From: Entomortierella parvispora E1425
Taxonomy: Eukaryota > Fungi > Mortierellomycota
DNA: 64,000 nt
Assembly: GCA_020891255.1 (NCBI GenBank)
Contig: BQFW01000015.1
Location: forward strand, 744,001 to 808,000
Direction: 5' to 3'
Below the pieces are notes generated by a model. It saw only the letters and a list, made by a program, of their open reading frames with translations, was not told the DNA's origin and made no database searches. This document shows positions 1 to 10,900 of the stretch, one piece after another (within the stretch, counting starts at the first letter, position 1; the number at the start of each line of letters is the position of its first letter). Both the position numbers and the translations under genes were made by a program.

Positions 1-385
1 TTTGGAAAAGGATCTCGGAAACTAGTGACGAACGAGCATGAAAGGCCACAGAGGGGACTGGACCTGGCCTTGCTGTAGCAAGCCAGAAGCTCCCGCCCTT
101 TGGTCGCGGTGTTACGAAACCAGGGTGCATGGGCCGTCATAGACGGGTCGTGCAATGCAAAAGCATTTTATTTAGTCCGTTTCCCTTGGGTGGAGCAGAC
201 GCACGAGCGTGTGTGTGCACTTATTTGTGATACTTCACTCTTCTTTATTACGCAGCGACGAGTCATGACATTTGTGGATTCAGAGTCGCAGGTCGTCTGG
301 ACGCCGTTTTGCACAGGATATGCAGATAGTCTGAGCTTTTCTTTTTTTTTCTTTTTTTTTCTTTTTTTTGCGGCTCTACTATCAA

Positions 386-3300
386 TCAGAGAAGGAGGCA
401 TGGCTGCTGTTCTCGCTCACGTTGCATACGAGCCCGATGCTGCTCTTCCTGGTGACGGACCTGTCCTTCCAAAATAACCTGGTTTCGTATCTGCTGGTTT
501 CGCCTCTCTTGCTGGTTTCGCCTCTCTTGCTGGTTTCGCCTCTCTTGCTGGTTTCGCCTCTCTTGCTCTTGAGCCCAAATAAGCTGCCGATCGAAACCTT
601 GATCTTGTGCGAGCATTGCCTGTATTGCAGCTCGTGCCTGTTCATTTTCTCGGTTCCGCACTTGTGCGTAAGTGAGTTGGTCGCGATCATAGAAACCTTC
701 AAATTCTTGATCAGGCCTATTGCCTCCCGTCAATTCATGATTCGTGCCCCCAATAGTTGTTCCACACTCAGGGCAATTCCCTTCTAGGTAGGCCTGGCCA
801 CAGTCCGCAATGACATACTAAGAGGAAAATGTGTTTACCATCAGTTCACGTAAAAAATCTGACGGTTCACATAAAATCGTAAAGCCTTGCTTACCGTATG
901 ACCGTTAGAACACTGGTAAAAGTGACCTGCTCCTTGCATCGACACAGACATGGCCTGATGAATGCTCCACTTTTCATCCCTCGTTAGAGACTCACCGTAG
1001 CCTCTGATCACCCTTAAAGCTGACTCCAGTTTATCTTGCATTCCTTTGGATCTCCGGCGACATTCATCTCTGATCTCCACGGCTTTAGAGAGATAACCGT
1101 CTTCGAGGACATTCAAGAGGTTCCTGAACTCATATTGCAGGGTCTGTCCGTCCTTCATTCGTTTCTCTTTTGTGTTAAAGGTTCTTCTGTGTACCGACCT
1201 GTCTGCAGAATTTGTGTGGCAGCTTAGCCAGATCATAGACTCACAACACAGTTGCATTTTGTTTAACTGTCCATTCGCTGCCTTTCTCCAATGTCTACCT
1301 TCCACAGCCGTCTCGGTCTGCCTTTGCGCGAAAATCTTCGCGCAATGAATCACATCCTCTACCAACCAATACCAGCCGGATCTGGTGCCAGCTTTATCCA
1401 TGGCCCTGTTGACTAAATGCAAGATGATCAGGAACGTGTTTGTGATAGCCTCCAAGGAGTCCGGCACAGAGGGACCTCCATGACCTGCTGATTGGAGTCC
1501 ACACTCTTGGATGTGCCGTTGGATCTCAATCTGGACAGCTCCTTCATTGTCTACCATAAGCTCCTCGTTGTTGTAGTCCATTGTAGCATAAAGTCGATAA
1601 ACGTAGGAGACTACAGCCTCATGGAGAGTCTTGGTTGGAGCCGATATCCCCTTCTTGTAAATCTGTAGCATATCAAGCAGTGGCTGCCACAGGGGTATGA
1701 TCAATGTTTCCCACCTCTTTGCCTGGGCAAATGGGATACGGTACACCTCATCGATGTAGCGAAAATCGATATTTGGCAATAGATCCTTCTTTGCAGCAAA
1801 TTGACCTAATCGCCGAGATTTCTCTGGCGGATTCTGGAAACCACTCCAGTTGTTCAAAAATAATATGAACTTATCAGCGTTGCGTGCGACACCCTGTTGG
1901 GCCTGATCCAGTCTCTCCTGGACTTCGATCATCTCTTTTTCCTGAGAGGTCCGGAACTTTCGAATGCGTTCGGACAAAAATGAGTGCTTCACTTGACGGC
2001 CGTAACGAAGTAGCTGTACGATGGGTCGACGGCAGGTTGGGCAGTGGACTGGGCTGAAAGGGTCACTGCTAGTCAGCTCCTTCTTGCTCACATATTGGAT
2101 ATCTCCCGTCTTGCTATTCTCTTTGACATTGTAGTAGTCCCCCATTTTCATTATATGATCCGTGGAGGATCGGGTCGCTGCGTGGCCACAGGCGAAGACC
2201 AGTATCGGATCTTCGTTCACGTCGATCTCTCGTAATGACTGCAACAAAATAAAATCCACCTGCATGTCCATCACATCTGGATCAACCTGGCACACGACGC
2301 AAAATTTCTTTGGAGGGCAAACTTCAGAGCGGATTGAGGGACATTGGTGACCACACTGCAACAACTTGGAGCATCTCCTATCGCAGGGTAGTCGATCGCA
2401 AGGTGCGCCGCAGGGCATGTTACATGGTTCTTGGTGCGGACAAACCCAGACGCAGGGTTCACAGCAAGCAGCACAAGGAACGTGACAAGGGTGTCGGCAT
2501 TTGAAGTGAGCGCATGCAACATCACACGGCTTGCTACACGGAGGGCAGGAAAGCCCCTCATGACAATCCTGGCCGCAAGCGTGGCCGCAAAGAAGTATAC
2601 GCTCGCATTTGGTCAGGCAGGGTCCATGAATTGTTCGGTTAATATGGATGCTCATTCCGTTGACATGCCCCGCCGAGGAGAACACTTGGCAGTCCTGGCA
2701 AGGACGAGTACAGGGATGACCGCACTCTAGAGGTCTCTGACAGAGTTCTCCGCATCTCATTGTCGACGGTTTGGATGATGAGGATAGTTCTGGGCAGAAC
2801 AGGCTGATGGAATGCTCGCATCGGGGCATATTCAGTTTGACAAGTGCTCTGCACTGCAGAAGAGACGGATTGCGCTTTTGAGAGCAAATGACCTCTGTCA
2901 AGGTATGACCGCAGGCCAAGTCGGTTGAAGAAATCATCTCGCTGCAGTCGCCACAATCCTTGTGACAGGGCTTCAGACAGACATGGTCGCAATCCGCTCG
3001 AGGTTTACGGCAAGGCTGTTGGCATTTGACAGTTTTGTGCTCCCTGTCATCAGCGTGGCCTAGGTTATGATAATTCAAATAGAAGAAAAAGAGTTAGGAA
3101 TGGATGGCTCCCAGTTTTTCAATAACGCATACAAAAAAAAAAAAAGACGATGTGCAGATAAAAAGTTTCAAAACCTACATTGCAGTTGACAAATGTGCCC
3201 GCACGACAGGGGACGACCGCACTGGTCACCGCATATGTTACCCTTGACTACAGAGGTCTTGAGAGTCTCAGGCGAGACGTCAATAGATTCGGCTCTCGCA

Positions 3301-4430
3301 TGGTTTTTACAGATGAAAGGCTCGATCGCTACTTCGAAAAGGCGGCTCCATTCTTCAGTAAGAATATCTTTGAGAGACTGTTTTGATAAAGTGTCGTTAG
3401 ATTGAATCCAAGTGTCTGTCAGAGAATGAAACACCTGAAGAGTCTCTGCCATCTCCAGGGAGATCCGTTCAGTGTTGATCACCAACTGATACAAGAGTCG
3501 AATATTGGCAAGTAACATATATGGGACTTGAAGGGCTCTCCCAGTAGCATCCGTTGCTTTCACTGCCGAAAAATCGCGTCGATTATCGACCAAGGACTGG
3601 CGAGCTACGGCTTCGGTCATGCAGCGTAAAATTCCCCCTTTCAAGAACTGCTCTTGGTGTTCATAAACCATAGAATAGATAGAGTGTATCTTTTTAGCCG
3701 CGGTCACAGTCAACGCTCTTGTCTTGGAGCCGCAAAGACGATCTCGAGTCAGGGCGCCAATCAAAGGCAAGACCACGTTCTGAAACGATATTTTGTTTTT
3801 CTTGTCGCCAGCGTCCAGTTCCATGGGCAGGACCAAGATTTCGGCCAGTCTAGACAGCCCGTTGCATGTGGCCAAACTCACTAGCATATGAGAGGCTTGG
3901 GCTTCAGGGCTATCGGAAAGATGATAGAGGAGAGAGTAGACAAACTTTCGGATCCAGCTTTGACCTTGTGATGGCTGAAAGTTTTTCTTGTTCAAAAGCC
4001 AGAAAGCAAAATTTCGCACACAGGGTTCGGTTGTAGCTGTGGGAATGAGAATGAAGCCGTCCGTGCCGCCTTCATAACTTTGACTGGGATCTCTAGCTCA
4101 AGGCTACTAGTATCTTGCGGTTGTGGAGGGACCTGCTGCCTCTGCTGCTGTTCTTGGCCAGGTCTGCCATGGCTGCTTCGAAGACCTCGGTCCCGTGCAT
4201 GAATTTGCTCTTGATGTCGACTATTCTCAGGATTTTTTGGCCCACTGCTGTTGTTCAATACACTCTGACCAGGACCCGCACCTCGACCTGGATTTGCTGC
4301 AGAGGAAGCTCCTCTTCCGATTGACCCTCCCCCTAGTGCCAGTATTCCTGGTGGTCTCCATCCTCGTGTATTCGAGCATGCCTTTGCCCTTTTTCTCCCC
4401 GGTGAGGGCTTTTGACGATATCCGCCATAA
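386..4430 (-). CDS. ZNFX1/NFX1-type zinc-finger protein, helicase-less (N-terminal helical domain + NFX1 Zn fingers + RING-like + RZ finger + CaaX); one frameshift near 4083; start uncertain
   Basis: ORFs 3168..4019, 841..3078 and 386..733 join through GT-AG introns (about 3062-3177, and 818-894). Repeated CxxxCxxxLxCGHxCxxxCH fingers. Splicing restores the RZ-type finger HFYQCSNGHT|YVIADCGQAYLEGNCPECGTTIGGTNH. N-terminal domain resembles fungal ZNFX1-like N-termini (MELDAG...SFQNVVLPLIGALTR). Confidence 0.8.
493..564 (-). repeat. 18-bp coding tandem repeat x4 (QQERRN units) in the C-terminal tail of the ZNFX1-like protein
   Basis: gctggtttcgcctctctt repeated four times on the + strand. Confidence 0.95.
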
Positions 4431-4803
4431 GATGTTGTAGACAGACGTGGCGTGTGAAAATGAATTGCACTGTGAAGATGTTTAAACAGCCCGTTATCGC
4501 AATGAAAACAAAGAAGGGGCAATGGTGAGGGACAGTAATCAAGATATAGAAAAGAACCCAAAAGAAAGGAAAAACGATCTTTATCCAGCACTGTTTTATC
4601 TACTTTGCCCTTCTGTTGTGATATGGTGCGCTGAGCTCGCTGCCATTCATGCAGAAAAGGCACAACAACAAAACAAAAGAAAGGCGCACCTGTCTCAGTG
4701 AGAGCATTCCAGAAATTGTTGCAGCACACACACGCCCTCCTGCGACACAGTTTGGGACGGGGCTTCCATCATGCCAACTCTTTCATTCAGGTGGCAAAGA
4801 TGC

Positions 4804-6197
4804 CTAATACTCTTTGATTTGGCAATAACCACACCCATCTTTCTTTTGAAAACAAAGCTCCCAGCTCAACAAATGGCCGCAGGGCATCCTTAACCTTTCT
4901 CTAACAGGCTTCTTGCAGTCGCCACAATCCTTGCCACAAATCTTCGGGCAAACGTGGCGACAGCCAGGCTGAAGTCTTGCGCATGGCTGACGGCATAGGA
5001 TATTTTTATGTTCTTGATCATCGTCGGCATGACCTGAAAGAAAGACATATGCAAGAAGGAAATATCAATTCTCAGTTGGGGGGTTTCTTCGTGCAAAAAA
5101 AAAGAGGGGCTTGCACAGGACAACGCACACTTCGATCGACAGACGTGGCCGCACAGCATATTCCAACCGCATGGCTCGGAACACTCTGCATTTTTGAGTG
5201 CTATTTCTGTGAGAGTCATTGCGGAGAAGTCTTCGATCCTCCTGTTCTCTGAATGGAATTTACAGTCAAATGCTTCGATCGCGACTTTGATCACGCGGGT
5301 CATCTCCTCGTGTAACACAGCATTGAGGCGGCCATGCGTTTCCCGAGTTGCTGGGGCCTTTTGAATGCATGTCTTTGTCAGAGAGTCGAATTCGCGGAGT
5401 GTTTCTGCCATCTCAAAGGAGACCAGTGGAGTGTGGAGGACGACCTGATGCAACAGTCGAATAACAGCGAGCATCGCGTAGCGGACTGAAGGCGCGGTTC
5501 CGGCATTTGTATATAGATCGCACCTGTTGTTGTCACTCAAGGACTGGCGATGAATGGCCTGGGTCATGCATCGAAGTACACCCTCGTTCAAAAACCTTGC
5601 TTGACGCTCATAGACTCTTGCATAGATAAGCATCATTTCCTTTGACTGGCCCGCCTGGCAAACGATTTTCCGAGTCAAGACTCCTATCAGCGGCAAGGCT
5701 ACGTGCTGGAATGACATGACATTTCTGCTTCCACCTGCATCCAAATCCATTGGCAATTCTAAGATCTCGGTCAATCTGGACAGCCCATTGGGACCGGCAA
5801 GTCCCCTCAACATGACCGAATTGTTGGGGTCTTTGGTCTGGTTGGCAGAGAGATGGTGTAAAAGGGAGTATAAAAACTGGCGCAGCCAAGGTGATTGACC
5901 TCCAAACCCCCGGAAACTGGTCCATCTGAGGAACTTTCCTGCGGCCAAGGCCTCTTCCGAGTCAGCGCGTTCGATTTTGGGTGCGAGGATAAAATCATCA
6001 GTCCCTAATTCGAAAGACTGGACTGGAATCCACTGCTCTTCAGCAGTAGCGGGCCGGGCTTTGCCGTAGCTTCGCCCCCGACTTCCTCCGCCACGATTTC
6101 TTCCCCTACCAGTCGTCCCACTGCCAGTTCCTTGACTAGCTTGATTTCCTTCCTCTGCCAGAGTGTGTTGATGGTGTTTCTCCGATATAGCTGCCAT
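4804..6197 (-). CDS. Second, shorter ZNFX1-like paralog (same N-terminal domain + 2-3 NFX1 fingers, then stop); possibly truncated
   Basis: Aligns with the copy at 3168-4090 (LPMDLDAG...SFQHVALPLIGVLTR). It has the same phase-1 intron in the first finger (C|H). The spliced frame reads HADDDQEHKNILCRQPC...CGYCQIKEY then TAG at 4804-4806. Confidence 0.65.
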
Positions 6198-7047
6198 CGT
6201 GAACCAGTCTCTTTTCGCCTTGTTCAGTATCAGCACAATCCTGGAAGGAAGAACGACAGTAATAAGGGTGCTTCACCTATTCAAACCTTCCTGATTCTTG
6301 CTGTTTGCTGGAGATGATGAACGGAGGTGATATGGCAAGAGAAGGAGAGAGAGAGAGAAAAAAAAAAAGTGAAGAAAAATAATGGGCTGATGTGAGAAGA
6401 GAAAGGGGTTATCTTTTCTGCTCACAGTGTGTTTCTCTTTTGTATTTCATCTCAAGCAAAGTCGTGGTTGCACGAGCATTGAACAACTACAATAACAACA
6501 ACTACATCGATCTAAACTGAATGGTCTGCTGTAGCAATCTGAATAGTAGTCAAGCTGCTCCAGAGTTCATCCCCCACAACATCAGGCTGTCATGACCGCG
6601 AGAGAGCAGAGGACCGGAGCTGGGACTATACGTCTTGCCACTGTATCTTAAAAGTTAACATCTGCCTGGCTACTTGTGCAGAATTCGAACTTCGGTATTT
6701 CATGATGAAAAACAATGGATGCGAATTGGCAATACATCCATATGTTACCTCGGAAGTCGAGGCGACATGCATTTTCATCTTCTGGTCAATCGGTTCACCA
6801 TGGAAAGGCGCGCAGCAAGAAATTAAACGTAGCTTGGGCGGTCAATTAATGAATAATAGATTGGCCACCAAAAGTCCTGGTACTAAACTCCTACCAAGGA
6901 TTATGGTGTAATCAGAATGGTTATGGGTAAAGTCGACGGTCACGAACGTGTTCAAGTAGTCAAAGGACTATGGATTGGTTGGTACAGCATCAGTAAAGGG
7001 TGCGGGCAAGAGACCCAAAAAGAAACTGAGGGACAGGAGCAAAAATG

Positions 7048-7119
7048 TAGCAAAGGGTGGTTTCGATCCACCGACCTCTGGGTTATGAGCCCAGCGCTCT
7101 TCCTCTGGGCGACTTTGCT
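7048..7119 (-). tRNA. tRNA-iMet (CAT), initiator
   Basis: 72 nt AGCAAAGTCGCCCAGAGGAAGAGCGCTGGGCTCATAACCCAGAGGTCGGTGGATCGAAACCACCCTTTGCTA. A1:U72 pair, GGG/CCC anticodon stem, CAT anticodon, GGATCGAAACC T-arm typical of eukaryotic initiator tRNA, and a T5 terminator just downstream. Confidence 0.95.
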
Positions 7120-7172
7120 TGTTGCCGAAGATATCATTTATATTTTTTGGTGGTCCAAGTATCAGACTCAAT

Positions 7173-7203
7173 GTTATCACGTGACTATTTCACGTGATGT
7201 AAC
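7173..7203. promoter_or_regulatory. Two palindromic TCACGTGA (E-box) sites 5 bp apart in a near-perfect inverted repeat
   Basis: gttaTCACGTGActattTCACGTGAtgtaac, about 55 bp upstream of tRNA-iMet. Function is inferred only. Confidence 0.4.
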
Positions 7204-7963
7204 GGGCCACTTGGGGTGTACTTATTTGTCCAGGATTATCCACAGTCACTATTTTGAAAATATTGCACATCTGTGAATCAATCCACAGCGCTGATCCTTT
7301 GCCCATCCGATTTTTGTGAATCGTAAAAGAACCTGCCTGGACTGGAGCGGCACGAGCACCATCGCAAGAGTAGCCAGAGTTGCGTCTACCGCCACCAGAC
7401 AACACGATAACGGAAATAACAAACAGCTCTGGTCCAGAGTTGTTGGTTTTTTTGTATTATATCCCTGCCAACTCACATTAACAAAGAATAGTGGTGCAAT
7501 GAATCTGTTGCCGTTGTTCCCAGGGACCTGCTGTTGTTGCCTAAGGTCCAAAATAACTAGTGCCGTACGAGCAGTGTCTGCAACCTGTGTATCCCTCATA
7601 TCAAATTTCAAAAGTGTAACTCGGGGCAGCCATCAAGATGCGGTCGTGAAGTGATGGCACACAGGAAAAGCTTATGAATCTGTGGTGCGCCTGGTCGCCT
7701 TTACTGATTCTATGAAGCTGTCAAGCTGTTGTTTTCATCAAGCTTTCTCTCTTTCTTTCTCTCTTCTTGACCTTTATTCTCTCTTTCTCTCTTCAAGTTC
7801 ACTGCCAGTAAACCTCTACCAAGCGTGAATACTCCTACTTTTATATCAAACCACTCCATTTGTCCTACTTTTTTCACTTTGACACTATCCGCATACTCTC
7901 ACTGCTGAGTCCTCCTCGTGGGGCGCATTTCTGTTCCTTGCAGTTTCTTCCTTTTACTTCAAC

Positions 7964-10900
7964 ATGGGGTGGCCCGCTCTACGAGAGAGACTCGACGCTG
8001 TCAGCTTTCGTCCAGATCTGGTGCTTTCGCTCGATCAACTGTGCACAGAAGGAACAAAAATTAGGATCGACATGCAGGCGACGTACTTTGGTCAACTTCG
8101 GTCATACTACGGTTATCATACGACGAAAAAATGGGAGATCGGTCACCAGAAAGTGATGGCTTTGATCAACCATTTCTTACAGACAAGGGGAGTCCCCAAG
8201 ACTAGCGTCGTTCTCTACTTTGATGGAAAGCCCTGCGAAGAAAAGCAAGCAACGGCAGTCTCGACATCAAGAACAGAAAAGTCGCTGATTGCAGCCAAAG
8301 CAACTGTGGAGGATATACAACAAAGAGCTCTCCACGACAAACGCGTCTCGAAAGGCTTGTTCAACAAGGCCCATCGCCTGTTATCAAGCGCCCACTATTT
8401 CCCCGCAGAGATCAAGAGCAATCTTGTTCAGTTTCTCATTCAACAGGGATTCGACGCCAGGGTGTGTAGCTTTGAGGCAGATCCTGAAATCGCGTCCGAC
8501 TGCCAAACGCACGATGTTGTTGTGTCTCGGGACAGCGACATGTTCGCCTACGACACTATTCACACCGTAGTTGTCCCTATATCCAATCGCCTTCTTGTGA
8601 GTGCGGTTGAGAAAGTGATGTCCTCGCTGGATCTAAGCCGAGTCCAGCTCACAACTTTTGCAATCGTGAGCAAAAACGACTATAACAAGAACGTTGAGGG
8701 ATTCGGGTCAGTCAAGACTCTTGATGTTATTAGGCAACTTGAATCTGGCGATGCAGATAATATAAACTCCTCTGTTTTTTCCTTTCTGTTTCTATGTATT
8801 GTGAGTACAAACTAACGATCATCGTTATTGTTCGTTTTCAGACGCGTCTGAGCACATTGGGGTCGATCAGATGGTTGAACGGTTCCTTTCCCATCGTCTT
8901 TTGGAGGCCAAGAACATTGATCCCCAAATAGTTTGCCGGTTCAAGACGCATCTTTGTGGACAAGGTGCAGACGGCGGTGCAAGCGCCAACGAATACCCTG
9001 CTGCCCTTTACATGGGTCAGTGTCTGTAAAGACCTCGAAGAAATTAGGGCCGGTCTTGAAAAGAGGCGCCGTGACGCCAGGCTGTCTGGAGAAGAACAAG
9101 CAATGTAAGTTCCCGATCCTTCTCTTTGCATCCTCCTTTGGCATACTATACTCCTGTACCTTTTTCGCTGATACTCACAGCTGTCGTGACCTTTGTCATA
9201 GCTCGTCACTTTACCCTTCATCGAAGAGGCATGGTTCAAAGCAGACTTTCAACCCATTCAGAACAATCGATCGACCTTCAGCGGCAGATGTCAGTCTCGC
9301 GAAAAACAAGCACATCAAACCACGCTACTCGTATCATGAACGACAGGCTAAAGACCATGGACCAACACTGGAGGCTGAGCAATATTACTGGAAGTCGTAC
9401 CAAAAACCTGCCCAGGAGGAAGAGAGCAGCAAGGAGGATGAGGATGAGGACGAGGATGAGGTGGAAAATGACGAAAGTAGCTGCGCCCAGGAGGGCAACA
9501 CTGTGGTTGATAACGCAGCAGTTGATGGAACTAGGCGCAGGGTTCATCCCAGAGAGCAAATGCAGAGAGACCTGCGTCGTCATCATCCGTTTGTCACAGC
9601 TAAAGTCGGATGTCTAAAGGCGAACATTCTTCAGGCTTGTAAGAAGGGTAACTATGGCCAAACAGTCGTCGATTGCCTTGCCTTGGCCGCGAAAGTGAGT
9701 ACAGCAGCCAGGAGACAAATTGAGCGGATATTTGGACGCTACATTGATGCGGTTCTAGCGCAGCCAGTGGTTGACAATAAGGACAGAATCTTCTTGGATC
9801 TTATTTGCCCAAGGATTCCTGGTTCTGAAGGCAGCAGTCCTGACGTCAGCAGTGTCAGTGCGAGCAGCGGGAGCAAACCAAAAAAAGCCCAAGAAAGTCA
9901 ACAATTCTCAACAATGCAACTTTCTGGCCTGCTTCGCCCGTTTTCTCATATCAGAAAATCCTCCTTCGAGAGCGACTGCGCTTTTATGGAATCAAGGACA
10001 GAGGTTTTCCTTATCAGAGTGAAAACTGTCCCTATTCTGCCACTGTTTTGGTTGAACCCTGGTTAAGGACCGTTCAGGGCCAGATCCAACGCCACTATAT
10101 CAATACGAGTCTTGCAATCAAAGAAAAGGTATGTTGATATCGCGCTGCAGAGCCGGATTATTTTATCAGCGCGTGTTTAATAACAATCCTTTCTTTTGTT
10201 TTCATCGTACGCAGCTCGAAGAGGACGGCACTCAAATCCACGGAGAGGATCATTCAATTCGTGAAAATGAGTCCGCGATCGAGAACTTTTGAAGATTAAA
10301 CATTCTGGACGGCAAGACCCATGTGCTCTTCCCTCTCACCCATTTGAGCGACCCTCACATCACAGGGACCGACCACCAGCTTGCACAGTTGTTCTGGTAT
10401 CATGCTGACCTAAAGTCCAAGCTGCAGGAAATGGTCCGAGGCGACTTTGGCGGCGCAGGCTTGGCTAGGGAGCCCACTCTGGAAGACACCAAATCATGGG
10501 TGGGAAGGCAATCACCTGGGGCCATCGTTAAAGAATTCGTCTGCAGAATCGGTCGCAACAATCTTTCAAGACGAGAACAGAAGAAGCGAGGAATGAAGGC
10601 GAAAATCATCGATGCCAACACTTTGGAGCTCGAGACTCACCTTCAAAGACTGGGGAGCGAGGACTTTGACCCGAATACATACGAGGACAAGGGTTGTTAC
10701 CTGCAAGGCTCCATTACTACAAACGGAACGAAGCTCCACGTTAAGGTCTTCAAGATTCGAGAACTGAATATGGTCAAATACAAGCGGCTGCCATCAGATC
10801 GGATGCCCGTCTCTCCAACCTCCACTATCCGTGGGCTCGACTACTTCCCATCCGAGATCCGCCATGTCTTCAAGAATGAGGGAGACGTGCAACGCTACTA

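Noticed and set aside
7190-7654. Remnant transposase upstream of PIN-Fanzor copy 1, by analogy with copy 2
   Set aside because: Short ORFs on both strands show no MULE motifs that I can recognise.
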